Origin: Octopus sinensis
Lineage: Eukaryota
Direction of reading: 5' to 3'
DNA: 64,000 nucleotides
Assembly (NCBI RefSeq): GCF_006345805.1
Contig: NC_042997.1
Span: forward strand, 170,314,001 to 170,378,000
In this document: piece after piece, positions 23,885 to 36,902 of the stretch
Position numbering within the stretch: position 1 is the first letter of the stretch
How the letters are laid out: each line of letters begins with the position of its first letter
Program-made: the position numbers and the translations under genes
Notes under the pieces: generated by a model
Database searches by the model: none
Told to the model about the DNA's origin: nothing
The model's input: the letters and a program-made list of their open reading frames with translations, nothing else

Positions 23885-24270
23885 CAGCTTGCTAACCAGC
23901 CACATGGTTCTGGGTTCAGTCCCACTGCGTGGCATCTTGGGCAAATGTCTTCTACTATAGCCCCGGGCCGACCAATGCCTTGTGAGTGGATTTGGTAGAC
24001 GGAAACTGAAAGAAGCCTGTCGTATATATGTATATATATATATATATATGTATGTGTATGTATATGTTTGTGTGTCTGTGTTTGTCCCTCTAGCATTGCT
24101 TGACAACCGATGCTGGTGTGTTTACGTCCCCGTCACTTAGCGGTTCGGCAAAAGAGACCGATAGAATAAGTACTGGGCTTACAAAGAATAAGTCCCGGGG
24201 TTGATTTGCTCGACTAAAGGCGGTGCTCCAGCATGGCCGCAGTCAAATGACTGAAACAAGTAAAAGAGAG
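23885..24270 (+). mobile_element. CORE-type SINE, near full-length young copy
   Basis: GGGTTCAGTCCCACTGCGTGGCATCTTGGGCAA...(TA/TG)n...GGTGCTCCAGCATGGCCGCAGTCAAATGACTGAAACAAGTAAAAGAG; CpGs intact. Confidence 0.9.
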
Positions 24271-25487
24271 AGAACAATTTACCTTCTTGATCTCCTTGAT
24301 ATAATGGCTAAATCTCCAAACCAACTTGTAAAGAGAGTGAAATAATGGATTATGTAATTCTAGATACACTATGTCCAAGTGAATGTTGGAATGATTTTGG
24401 CTTGGAAAGCCTTTGATCATAAGTCTGCACAATTAGCCATCCAAAGCTAAACAACACCAACATATTTGTTACTTCTTACATTTACAGAAGAGCAAAGACT
24501 ATAAAGATTTATATAAGAAAGATATGTAAAGTATCAACGCTCTCACTCTTGAGATGAAAATCAAAATTAATCCCAGTGGAGTTTGAAACCAGAATGCAAA
24601 GAACTGTATCTAGAATATCATAGAATATTTTGCCCAGTGCTCTGCTGATTCTGTTATTCACTGTTTCCTCAACATCGTATTTTAGAGCTAAATGCTGAGA
24701 ATGTTGCAGTTTTAACTACCAATGGAAATGATATGTAGTCAGACAGCCTATTAGAAACAACAACCAAAGTTTCTTCAAATCACACCCTACCATAGTTAAA
24801 AATAACAGATCATTGGATAAGATGGTTCTTGAAACAGTCAGTGGTTAAAAAAACAACAACAAAAAAAAACAGAAAGTCAGTCACAGCTGGAATGACGTCG
24901 ATGATGGACGAAGACACACGGCTGTGCAATTAAGCATGCTCTACAACCAAGCAGTACTAGGTTTAATTCCAGTGCTTGTCTTCTACTGACCTTGGGTTGA
25001 CCAATATTTTGTGAGCGAAGTTCGATGGATGGAAATTGCAAAAGCCTTGTGTATCTTCTTCAATGAAGAGCCTTGCAACGTTTGTTCTCCACCGAGCTGC
25101 TGTTACTCCCTTGTCACCCTTGCTGTCAGAAATGCAGCAAAGTCGTTGGCTGGTTGGAAACCTGTAACCAAAGACGCTTTGTTCACCAATTGCGATATAA
25201 AATAGATAAATAGGTTTTCTTGACCGAGGCTGAGCTGGGGTTAAAGAGCAACTACTAAGCTGTTACTTTAACAACTCGATTTTATTCGGGATTTGGTCAT
25301 CTTCACATTTGCTCAACAAATGACATTCGATTTTTTGATTAAAAAAGAAAATAAATTATACTAAGGGACATAATTACGAAGTGAAGATTACATTGATCAA
25401 AGGGAGACAACTTTGGATTCTTTATTTTCGACGTAAACAATTTTTGAGATGTAGTTAAAATCTTAATTCAACTCGGATCGAGAGAAG

Positions 25488-25489
25488 TC

Positions 25490-25525
<36 letters not shown>

Positions 25526-26128
25526 TGTGTACAGTGCTCAGGTGCACTACAACTCATCTAAAGTGTATATATAATCAGGTGTAGTTTCGACGGATTTCGG
25601 GAAGCATGAGGGCCTTAAAGGATGCAGTCAACAACTGACGCAGGCAGTTTGTTCCATGCTTCAGCAACTCTGAGCGTGAAAAAATGTTTCCGAAAGTCAT
25701 GGGAGCTGTACTGTTTTCTGACTTTGTAGGCATGTCCACGTGTGTTAGACACATGGAGATCGAAAAGGTGTTCAGTGTTGTTGTTGGTGAGGTGGTTGAT
25801 AACCTTGTGGGTGTTTACCAAGTCCGTCGCCAGACGCCGGAGCTTCAGTGAATCCATGCCCAGGGAAACAAGGCGCTCAGAATATGGTAGGTGTCTGATG
25901 GAGGGTATGCGTTTGGTTGCACGTCTCTGGACAGATTCCAGGAGGTCAATGTTCTGAGCAAGATAGGGATTCCAAACTGATGATGCGAATTCCAAGTGTG
26001 GTCGTACCATAGCTGTATACAGTTTTAAATAGATGGCTGGAGAGCGGCTAACAAAAGTCTTGCTGAGTGATGCCAAGACACCCTCGGCCTTCTTGACAAT
26101 TTTAGAGATATGCTTTGTCCAAAGCAAT
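25488..26128 (-). mobile_element. CR1/L2-clade LINE 3' fragment (longest copy, 170-aa open frame)
   Basis: WTKHISKIVKKA...LYTAMVRPHLEFASSVWNPY...LESVQRRATK...YSERL..L...LRR..DL, characteristic of the CR1/L2 C-terminal region; (AAT)n tail. Confidence 0.9.
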
Positions 26129-26664
26129 TTAAAGGCATTCCAGCAATGAGCATCTTGTCATTTTTTTTTATTATCATTTTTCGAGAACTGTGTACCACAA
26201 GTCACATTATTCAATGCGTCAATTTTTAAAACTGTAGGGTGTAGTTTGAAGGAGATTTGGCTACTGCCTCTAGCTTAGTGATCTTTTCGTGAAAATTTTC
26301 GTTGAGGAGAAAGGAAAAGTGATTTTAATGGTTTTTGTAGAGGCATTAGCCATGTAAATGAAATGAGAGTTTTACAGTATTTGGTAGCATATAAGACGCA
26401 CTTTTGCATAAGACATGCCCCTACTTTTGTGGAAAATCATTATTTTTGTGGGATGAGTTGGGAGACAAATTAAATCCGTAATACAGTTGCATTTGGCGCA
26501 TAGCAATTCTTTGTTACATTTAAGAATAAAAGAAAAAAAGCATGTCTCATACACCGACTTATACAGTAACTGAGAATCGAAAGAGGGTAGTGGATTTGGT
26601 TCAGTGAGAACTTACCAAAAATTAATTATACACAACGTGTAATTGGCGACATATCGATTTAGGC

Positions 26665-26723
26665 GTACACAGTAGGAGTGGCGGTGTGGTAAGTAGCTTG
26701 CTCACCAACCACATGGATTCCAC

Positions 26724-26790
<67 letters not shown>

Positions 26791-27004
26791 ATATGCATGT
26801 GTGTATATGTTTGTGTGTCTGTGTTTGTCCTCCCAACATCGCTTGACAACCGATGCTGGTGTGTTTAGGTCCCTGTAACTTAGCGGTTCGGCAAAAGTCA
26901 CCAATAGAATAAGTACTAGGCTTATAAGTCCTGGGGTCGATTTGCTCGACTAAAGGCGGTGCTCCAGCATGGCCACAGTCAAATGACTGAAACAAGTAAA
27001 AGAG
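26665..27004 (+). mobile_element. CORE-type SINE with internal deletion replaced by (TA)n
   Basis: Head GTAGGAGTGGCGGTGTGGTAAG joins (TA)n directly, then the family 3' part. Confidence 0.8.
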
Positions 27005-27354
27005 TATACATTATCAAAAAATCGCAGCTTCACATCCTGCAACGCTGTAAATCCAGTCGAACCAATAAATGCAGGATTTAGCTCCCTGCTAACGATATAA
27101 GCATGACTGCATTTCGCATCAAAAACCAATGAGTTTCTCTTATATCTACTGCAGTATTTGTTCTAACAAAAAATCCACATTTTCGTGGGGATGAACATTG
27201 CCTCTCGGTATTAATAGTCTCTGTCGCTAATATATACTTTTAACAAGCACAATGTGAAATGTTTATCGAAACATGAGCCAAGGAGAGTTCTTCTATGTGG
27301 CTTCTTGATCAGTTAGAAATAGCAGTCAAATCTCCCTCAAATTACAACCTACCT

Positions 27355-27453
27355 ATTTCTTTACTACCCACAAGGGGCTAAATACAGAGTGGACAAACAA
27401 ACGGATTAAGTCGATTATATCGACCCCGAAAGGATGAAAGGAAAAGTCGACCT
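27355..27453 (-). mobile_element. tRNA-derived SINE (GTCGACTTTGCC family), 3' fragment
   Basis: TATTTCTTTACTACCCACAAGGGGCTAAA...GAAAGGATGAAAGG. Confidence 0.75.
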
Positions 27454-27699
27454 CAAATTACAACCTACCGCCATAAATGTAGAAGTGCGAAGGTTAGAAA
27501 ACATCTTTGTCAGTCAAAATTGACCATGCATCTGAAGGTCTGGGTAAGACTTTTTTTCAACAACAACAACAACAACAACCTTCCCTGAAAGTTGTTAGTG
27601 CTTGAACTTAGAGGAAGAGAACAGATACCGCAAAGTAGTCATCCGATTCCCTACTTTAACCTTGTTGGAGTTATTAGTTATGCGTACAAGCTTGTGTCT

Positions 27700-28240
27700 A
27701 CTCACTCGAGATAATAAGTGAATAGCTTAAAGTGCTGCGCAGTCAATCAAATCCGGTGTATATGGTTGTCAAAGAGTTTCCTAACTATGCTTTCATTCCT
27801 GGAGAATATAAAGTTTGAGGTACAAACAGACTGATGGTTAACGTTTAAATCCTTTTGATCAATGAAGGCCTAGCTGGAGCTACACAACAGCGGCCGGGAG
27901 ATAATTCTGCAGCTTTGCAATACATTGTTTAAATCAATATATTCTGAGGATACGATCCACCAAAACGGATTGACGGATTTTCGGAATATCTGTCACATAC
28001 ACATAAGTCAGAATTTCTTCTGTTTTTTCCAAACACCGGGTAAAGAGCTTTAAAAAAGAAAACTCCGAACAGCAGCCGCCACCGAGATTTTTTTTCATCA
28101 TGTTATATCGTATTCCATATTCTGAAACACTTGCAATCAGTATTTTCAGAGAAAAAAAAAAAAAATCGTAAACCTTCTCCTCGCCCTTCGTCGCACTTTT
28201 CTCAGGTCAGGCGCTGTTGCAGCAGCCGGTATCTGCTCGG
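27700..28240. promoter_or_regulatory. Possible promoter/first-exon region upstream of WDR19
   Basis: Non-repetitive, locally CpG-enriched stretch (CAGCGGCCGGG, CAGCAGCCGCCACCG, CGCCCTTCGTCGC) about 2 kb upstream of the first WDR19 coding exon, which itself has a splice acceptor. Inference only. Confidence 0.3.
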
Positions 28241-28335
28241 TATCTGCACCACAACTTGTCAGAAAGTGCGTATAAAGTATATGCAGTAATGTACAAATGT
28301 CTGGAAAGCGAACAATGTATGAGTCAGATACATGC
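28241..28335 (-). mobile_element. CR1/L2-clade LINE 3' UTR fragment
   Basis: GCACCACAACTTGTCAGAAAGTGCG...GAGTCAGATACATGC, as in other copies. Confidence 0.75.
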
Positions 28336-29164
28336 TCTTCTGAGAGAAGGACCGTTGAAGTTTCTTCATCTGAAAACAGCTCCCACTTATTTACTTTAAC
28401 CATAGAAGAGCAATTTAGGGCGAAATTCTGTTTTAAGCACCACATATAACCCCTCATAACTTTATTTTTTGTAATTTTTCAGAAATTGTTTTGCAAATTT
28501 GTGTTCTACACGCGAGAGTTCATACGATTAAGCCAAAAAAAAAAAAAAAAAAAGAAATAGCTTACAAACTACAGAATGTTCTCAAGAAAGCCAAGAGAAA
28601 AAGATGTTTTATTTTACACATTTTACCAGGATACGAAGAGTTTAAAAGTGTTTAGTTACAAAGAAATTATTTTAGAAATCTGCCGGTCAAAGTGAAAAGA
28701 TCCAAAAAAAGTGTGATTTAGGGGTGATTTAGCTGTTTTAGCATATCTCACAACCACCTTATACCTTCTTCGTTTCTGTGTCACTGTGACATGTATTGAT
28801 ATCTTTCAATATTTTTCTTCCCGTAAACGCATTTAATGGAATGATGATGTACCCAAGGACAGTCCATTGCTAGGATTTAAGCAAAAAATTCGGACCGTCC
28901 ATATTTTAAACTCTGATTAAAAGAAAAAAATTGAAAAGGAGTGAAACTTTTAGGATTTAAGGATGGGAGGGATTAACAATGAATTCTTTTCATCATCGTA
29001 TGAATTCTCGTGCATAGAACACAAATTCGCAAAATTTTTCTGAAAATTCCTCAAAATAAAACAGTAGGAGGGGTTGTGGAGTGATTAAACCAGATTTCTG
29101 TCCAAATTAGATATGTTAACACCAGTCCTGCAAATTTTATTGAAAGTATAACGATTATTTTAAA

Positions 29165-29575
29165 GGACATGACATGGCAGACACCCATAAAATTATCAAC
29201 CATCGTACAAACAGTGGCTTTGGGCGCCTTTTCAGGCTCCACCCATCAAACACCCGTGGACATATTTACAAAGTAAGAAAACAGCACAGATCCCATGACT
29301 TCAGGAAACATTTTTTCACGCTGAGAGTTGCTGGGGCGTGGAGCAAATTGCCGGCGTCAGTTGTTAGTTGTCAGAGCACTGCATCCTTCAAAACTTCCGT
29401 GCTTCCTGGGATTCGCCAACGCTGCACTTGATTTTCTCCCCTCCGTGCACACGCGGGCATGTGTCTGACTCGTGCATTGTTCGCTTTCCAGACATTTCTA
29501 CATTGCTGCATGTACTTTGTATGCACTTTCTGATGAGTTGTGGTGCACCTGAGCACTGTATACAATTAATTTCAT
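29165..29575 (+). mobile_element. CR1/L2-clade LINE 3' fragment
   Basis: ADTHKIINH...NTRGHIYKVRK...FFTLRVAGAWSKLP, plus 3' UTR. Confidence 0.85.
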
Positions 29576-30055
29576 TATATCATTATTATATCATATCTAG
29601 AGAAAGAAAAAAGAAAAAAATGTTTGCCGCCTTTATGTGTACTTCAGCCATTGTAATATATATATATATATATGGAAATGTTCAACATGTAGGATAACGA
29701 ACTCAGTAACATTTACGCTTATAGCAAAATCGAAGTTACCATTAACTGCAATTTTAAATATTGCATTTCACTTTGGCTCTGAGATGTCAGTCACATCTTA
29801 TATTGGAAGGACTGTCAGGCGTTAGACAAATTACAAGTCTATCAGAAGAGACTCAGAATATGGAAAATGACGGACTTATATGTGACACCAGTTCCGAAAA
29901 TCTACCATCGGACTTGCTCTACGTTTCTCGAAAAAAAAACGTATCTTAAATGGCACCTATAATGCTATAATAGTTTAAAAAGGATATTGTAATTATGTTT
30001 TAAACGTATATTTTCAAACGTTTGTATCTTCTTGCAGTTTCATGTGCACACGGAT

Positions 30056-30064
30056 ATGGAAAAG
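30056..30064 (+). CDS. WDR19: WDR19/IFT144 putative first coding exon (MEK) within a 27-nt exon 30038-30064
   Basis: CTTCTTGCAG acceptor, ATG GAA AAG, GTTAGT donor. Phase 0 joins the next exon to give MEK-DLFSIP, mirroring vertebrate MK-RIFSLL. Confidence 0.55.
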
Positions 30065-30129
30065 GTTAGTATTTATCATATATTATTTGAACTTCTAATA
30101 TAATTTCCAAGCTTCAGTCATGTTTGGCC

Positions 30130-30652
30130 AATATGAACAGTGCAGAGTCTAGAGCAATGGTTCCCAACTAGGCACCTGCCATATTCTGAACGCCTTACTT
30201 CCCTGGGCATGGACACATTGAAACCCCGACGTCTGGCAGCTGACTTGGCAGACACCCATAAAATTATTAACCATCTTACAAACAATAACTCTGAGCACCT
30301 TTTCAAACTTCACCTGTCTAACACCCGTGGACATGTTTACAAAGTCAGAAAACAGCACAGCTCCCATGACTTTCGGAAACATTTTTTCACGCTAAGAGTT
30401 GCTGAAACATGGAACAAACTGCCGGCATCAGTTGTTAGTTGTCGGAGCACTGCATCCTTCAAAACTTCCATGCTACCTGAGATTCGCCAACACTACACCT
30501 GATTTTCTCCCCTCCATACACATGCAAGCATGTATCTGACTCATACACTGTTCACTTCCGAGACATTTGTACATTACTTCATATGTTTTATACGCACTTT
30601 TGACAAGTTGTGGTGCACCTGAGCACTGTATACAATAATTTCATTATTATTA
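30130..30652 (+). mobile_element. CR1/L2-clade LINE 3' fragment
   Basis: ORF 30140-30502 RHLPYSERLTSLGMDTL...AETWNKLPASVV, 3' UTR and ATT tail. Confidence 0.88.
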
Positions 30653-30825
30653 TAGGTCTATATAATCCCTGGGGATCCATATAAGACGCAATAAAAATGG
30701 TAAAATGGGAATCCACAGTAATATTTTAAGGGTCAGTGAAAAAGTTTTGCTTTAGATGTATTTATTGCAAGAAATAACCAGGTTTTTTTCTCTAACATTT
30801 TACGTAGTTCAATTAACACAAGATT

Positions 30826-31012
30826 CCTGAGATTCGCCAACACTACACCTGATTTTCTCCCCTCCATACACACACAAGCATGTATCTGACTCATACACTG
30901 TTCACTTTCCAGACATTTCTACATTACTGCATGTACTTTATATGCACTTTCTGACAAGTTGTGGTGCACCTGAGCACTGTATACAATAATTTCATTATTA
31001 TTATTATTTATC
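30826..31012 (+). mobile_element. CR1/L2-clade LINE 3' UTR copy
   Basis: Repeats about 30475-30652 (CCTGAGATTCGCCAACACTAC...TTTCATTATTATT). Confidence 0.85.
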
Positions 31013-31627
31013 ATAATGTGTGAAACAAAAACAAAAACACCTAGGAATTCTGGAAGAAGCGTCAATAAAACTTGTCTTTAAACATCGAATAGCTATGGGG
31101 ATCCACCAGAGTAAAAGAGTAGTTAAAAAGAGGTCCATCGGCAAAAATGGTTGAGAATCATTGGTCTACAGTGGTTTGCGAGCTGGCGAACGGGGGGGGG
31201 GGCAGAGGACTCGGAAAATTCACACAATCAATCTCACAGGATCCGAAAACTCAACGTTAACACCAGTTCACAAAAACGAAAAAAAAAAAAAAATAGTGTA
31301 ATAGGTGTAAAACAACAAGTAGTAAACGAATATGAAAATATAAATGCGCGCTGGCGAACTAGAGTGGGGGGGGGGGAGGAAGGAGGACCAGGACAATTCA
31401 CACGATCCGATTTTTTTCCCCAAAGAAAATGGATATTCTTCCCAACAACACGGTTCCGGGTTCAGTCCCACAGCGTGGCACTTTGGGCAAGTGAATTTTC
31501 CGAGTCCCCCCGCCCGTTTGCTCGGGTCAAACACTGGAGTTTGACGTAAAGTTGATCTGAACAGGATTTGAGTCAGAACGTAAAAAAAAAAAACCCGAAA
31601 AAAAACATACTTTAATACTACAAATAC

Positions 31628-31815
31628 TTATTTCTTTACTGCCCACAAGGGGCTAAACAAGGACAGACAAACGGATTAAGTCGATTATATCGACCCCAGT
31701 GCGTAACTGGTACTTAATTTATCGACCCCGAAAGGATGAAAGGCAAAGTCGACCTCGGCGGAATTTGAACTCCGAACGTAGCGGAGCGCTAACGTTTCTG
31801 CCAGTTCGCCGCCTT
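31628..31815 (-). mobile_element. tRNA-derived SINE (GTCGACTTTGCC family)
   Basis: Reverse-complement family sequence with a shortened head. Confidence 0.85.
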
Positions 31816-33062
31816 TTACTACAAATACTGCAAACCGCTAAACATAGTGAGAAGGAAACTCAGTTTGAAGTAAATCCATAGAGCAAGTTCTTGCCGTGGC
31901 CGAGAGATATACATAACAGTTCAGAGAAATACCATTCTAAGATTCAGAGTTCAATCCCTACAAAAGGTGGCATTTCAAAACAGCTGAAGGATACCTAGGA
32001 GTCATGATGTAGGTAGGCCTCAGCTTCTTAGAGCGTAAAGAACTAACGGACTGAAGCATTTGCTTGACGGGTAGTTCTTCCTCTGAAGATTTTTCCTGTT
32101 GTCTGCTCGACTTATACAGTGAGTTTTCATCTATTATGAGCTATTTTGTTTATCATTCGATGCAGTAAGATGTGAGGGAGATAACTTCGCACTTAGCTTT
32201 ACAGCGCATGTGCTGTTTATGTTAGTTTGCCATAGTAGTGTGTGTCTGTTGTCAAGGAAGCCAACGATGAAGGTTCGTTGCTGAGTTTGAAACTTTTATA
32301 TTTTGATTCACTTTAAAATATTACTTTTCGATTCCTTGTCTCATCCCAATTTTTTTCTGGCATCAATTTAGAGAATACAGTTATTTCATTATTTCAGTAG
32401 ACTTTGTTTTGGTTTGGTTATTGATATATATATATAATATTTTAAATCGTGATGATAATAATAAATAGTAATTTACCTGTTGCTCTTTCAAAACAGACGC
32501 AATGAAACTGAACTGCTACAAATGTCTTTTATAATCTTTTGTGCATACTTATTGTAGTCTAATTTCTTAAACTCTCTCGTTTCTTCCCTCTCTTTATACA
32601 AAATGAAAATGTAATTAAACACGAGGATCGTATGTATGTATGTGTGCGTGTGTAAAAGGGATTAATAAATCCAGTCAGATATCTAGAAAGCACTCAGTGT
32701 TAAACGAACTTGGTTAACTATATCAAATAATCGGACACCAAAAAATTCAAATAGAATTAATATCCAAAGTAATTCCTCGTGTATGACAAATAAACCCAAA
32801 TAACGTTCTGAAGAATTTGAAGACATCTAGAGTAATTTGACAACAAGAATAGAGAAAATCACATCATTAATTGATGATTATTCCATATATTACCGACGAT
32901 CATTTCTACTGCGCCAGCATATTTAGAAGTAGAAAATACCAGTCAAATCAATATATCTGAAGATTTATGCTAACACAATGTTATCAAAGTAACCCCACAC
33001 GAGTAAAATTCAAAGTGAACTGAGATAATATGTCCAATACGTGAAGGCATACAAAAATAACG

Positions 33063-33139
<77 letters not shown>

Positions 33140-33659
33140 TTTTATTATATAGAAGGAGCTTCTATATATATATAAAGAAATACTGAAAAACCACACTGAA
33201 ACCTAGATATACACAAGCACGCTAATAGAATGAAAGAATTAAGATGAAAAAACTACTGCAATTAAAAAAGTTGGTCTCACTATCACCTGTATTTAATACT
33301 CAATGTAGGTAATAGTCAACTTATGAACGTACACTTAAATGCATACACTCACTCAATGCACACATACACAAGCTGTATTATGCTCATACATATTTCCAAT
33401 ATATTCCGTATTTGCCCTCCTATACTACTGGACATAACTCTTTCTCCCTTTCTTGAAATCCATTATTCTCTTAACATTTCTATCTTGACTATTCATCACT
33501 CATGATCTCTCTTAGAAATTATCCTTCTGTATTACTAACCACCACTTCTGTTCCCTCAGGTCACCGATTATTGACATCTATCATGCTATCTAGCTGTCAA
33601 CTATTTCTACAACAATTCTATTATTCTCTCTCTCTTTCTCCAGCAAACATGTTGACCAT

Positions 33660-33915
33660 AGGCTATTACTGCCTTTTTGCCGGTGGCATGTAAAAAGCAC
33701 CAACCGATCGTGGCCGTTGCCAGCCTCGCTTGGCACGTAAAAAGCATCCACTACACTCACAGAGTGGTTGGCGTTAGGAAGGACATCCAGCTGTAGAAAC
33801 ACTGCCAGATCAGACTGGAGCCTAGTGCAGCCTCCTGGCTTCCCGGACCCCAGTCAAACCGTCCAACCCAAGCTAGCATGGAAAACGGACGTTAAACAAT
33901 GATGATGATGATGAT
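33660..33915 (+). mobile_element. RTE-tail retroposon
   Basis: GGTTGGCGTTAGGAAGGACATCCAGCTGTAGAAAC...GGACGTTAAAC(GAT)n. Confidence 0.88.
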
Positions 33916-35914
33916 CTTGCTATAACTGTGCCTCTTTATCATTTCTAGTCCTCTCACCACCGCCATTTAGCCTTCTTCCATACAAGCATCCCAACTCTTT
34001 CTGTTTCCTTACTCTTTACTTTCTTTCTTCTTCTGCTATCATCTTCTCTTCTGTCCACTCTATTAGTTATGATGCTCTGAATAGACAGAGATAATGTTAT
34101 GTAGAGAGGATTCTATTGTTATACTGGTTGAAATGCAAATTCAGTAGTGCTGGTGCCATGAATGAATGCACCCAGAGCATTCTGTTAAATAGTTGGCGAA
34201 CAAGTAGAAACATTGTCTTGTCAAAGACATAACAATCTCTTATGTGTCAGTGCCACGATAAAATGCTTTCAATATTCTCTGTAAAGTGATTGGTGTTTGA
34301 AAGACTATAGAAACCTTGCTGCCAGAAATAAAGCACCAACAAGACTTAGTTCTTCAAATTGTCTAAGAACACAGTGACTCTGAATAAAAATAGACTTAAA
34401 CAGAAGACTGAGTAGTTTTCCTTGGTCAAGGTGAGTGTGTGTTAAGAGTTGTTTTCAGGGTATTGAACCTTGCAAAGGAGATGACGAATGCAACAAATGT
34501 GGAGTTGTGTTGGAAAGGACATATCCAACCCTTTCGAGCATGGAAAAGTGGATGGGGAAATGATGATATAGTTAAATACGCGATGATTCTATTTTTACTA
34601 CATAAGTTTACATATATTATATTATACCTTGATACAGTGTGAACTGAGATCTCTGCTGATATTAAAATAAAGTGTTAAGCAATTGTGGTATGCAAACTAG
34701 AAGCTCCAGTTCTTTGTAGCTTCTGTATTTGTTGAGTATATAAACAGACTGGATGCTTATTTCTCTGGGATTGGTCAAATGATACAGACACCTGATGAGA
34801 ACTTAATAAGGTTTGAAAATTGACTAAGGTTGTTCATAATTTTTTCAATCTATGGAGAAATAGTTAAATTTTCCATGTTTGTAGTTTTACTACATAGGTT
34901 TACACAACACACAACTATATATATATATATTATATATATATATATATGTGACTGATAGCCAGGTCTAATATAATGTAATAGGACTTGCAACTGAAAATTC
35001 AAGATATACAAACAGTAATATTTCTATTGTAGAGTATATAGTAAGCAAAAAACAAGGATATGTGGGAGGGAAAGTGTTTCGATATTTTCTGAGAGGTTAC
35101 AGCTGTTTCATAATCTACTCACATCCTTAACCTTGATGCAGAGAAATATTTCTATACATACATGTGTATATATACATATAAGCAATACATTCATACAATG
35201 ATGTACAGAAGAGAGAAGATGATTCTTTAAGCTGCATTATGGAGTAATCCATCTAGACTCATTCATTTATACATAATATAGCACGGATAAAATTGGCAAA
35301 AATTAGTAACCCAGATTATAATCAAAACAAGCCAAACAACTATTAACGTCAAGAGGAGACCTGCGTGGAGTAGGTAATGATGGCAGTGATAAACAAAATC
35401 AAGTGAATTTTAAAGGGAATGTATATGTCAACAGTCGGGGTAGGAGTAGTCCTGACAGATACTCAGATTACAAAAACTATAAGCACTAAAACATACATGC
35501 TTGAAAACCTACAAAATGCTCAGCTTACCAATGTGTACTGGCACTGACTGACAGGAGAACTATTACCTTGTTTGGAAACTGGTGAGTGTTGGCTACAGAA
35601 AGGGTATCTGGTTGTAGAAAATGTGCTTCATTGATTTACATCTGACCCATGACAACATGGTAAGTTGATGTTGAACCAATGATCATGCATTTTGAGGACA
35701 TTAGCATCAATGGTTAAAGGTTTTCAACAGGCCAATCATAGATGTGATATGAAGACTTGTTCGCTGAATTTCTAGTGATAAGGAATGTTTACAATTTGAG
35801 TGCTATAAATGCCACAAGTCATTTTTATTCTACTCACTGGTTTATATGCCTTCTTGCTGATGTGAATATTTTTCTCAATTACATATATACATATGATGGG
35901 TTTACACATAATTT

Positions 35915-36045
35915 CTCTCTACCAAATTTTGTTCATCGGTTAACCTAAGGCTGTGGTAGATGACACTTGCACAAAGTGCTATAGAATGACTGAACCCCAA
36001 ACTGCCTGTTTGTGAAGCAAACTTTTCAACCTCACAGCCATACCT
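35915..36045 (-). mobile_element. Decayed CORE-type SINE fragment
   Basis: GATGACACTTGCACAAAGTGC...GACTGAACCC...CACAGCCATACCTGCAC. Confidence 0.6.
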
Positions 36046-36605
36046 GCACAATCTATTACATGAAGATGACATTTTCAAGGTACCTATAGTCATCTTGATG
36101 TAGTCCATCCCTTCAATATGTACTTATTGAGGGATTTCAACTCAGTCTACACATTAATGAATTGCTAATAGTACAGTGTTCAAGGGTACTGGATTGGCAA
36201 AATGCCGTTCAATATTTAGTTAGGACTCTTTATATTCCATGTTCAAATCTCAAGGAAGTTAACTTTACCTTTCATTCCCCCAGGATTGATTAAATAAAGA
36301 TATCATCAGTTAGACACTGGGGTTATTGTTAACAATTAACAAGACCCCCCACTCCTCACAAAATTTCAGGCCTTGTTCCCTTATTAGCAACATTTACACA
36401 GTGCTCAGTACATACTTATGATACGTATGAAGAAGATCATGGAATGAGTAATTGATAAAGAGAGAAATGCCAGTAACAAGATACTACAAGACATATCGAC
36501 TCTGGATTTGGTATTGTATTATATTTTTTTTTATTGTTAGATATACTTTGTAATATTACATTATTTTCAATTTAATCATGTGTTTCTGTTGGTTTTTTTT
36601 TGCAG

Positions 36606-36697
36606 GATTTATTTTCTATACCAAAAGAACAAACTGGAAATGGACCCATCCAATTTTGCTGGCAGAGAGTTAATGGAAACTACCTAGTTATTGCTGG
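36606..36697 (+). CDS. WDR19: WDR19/IFT144 exon
   Basis: TTTTTGCAG acceptor and GTATAT donor, 92 nt. DLFSIPKEQTGNGPIQFCWQRVNGNYLVIAG matches WDR19 PIQFAWQKTSGNYLAVTG. Confidence 0.92.
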
Positions 36698-36902
36698 GTA
36701 TATGTTCAAATTTTCCTTCTTTATAAATTTTAGTTACAATTTTTACAAAAGCACATTGAAAACAATAATAAATAAATCATTATTTGCATGGTGAATAAAT
36801 AATGATCTATTATCAGTTGACGGATTTCAGTATGGCACAGGAAACAGTTTGTTTGCTTGAATTATAAACAAAGCCATTGGTGATTGTCAGATGCATTTAT
36901 TT

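Noticed and set aside
28420-29050. Possible DNA-transposon remnant (similar impression at 52560-52830)
   Set aside because: No TIR pair, TSD or second copy could be verified in the window.
34792-34830. CTGATGA-GAAC..GTTT-GAAA hammerhead-like core
   Set aside because: No convincing stem I or stem III with a valid NUH triplet can be built; at most a dead relic.
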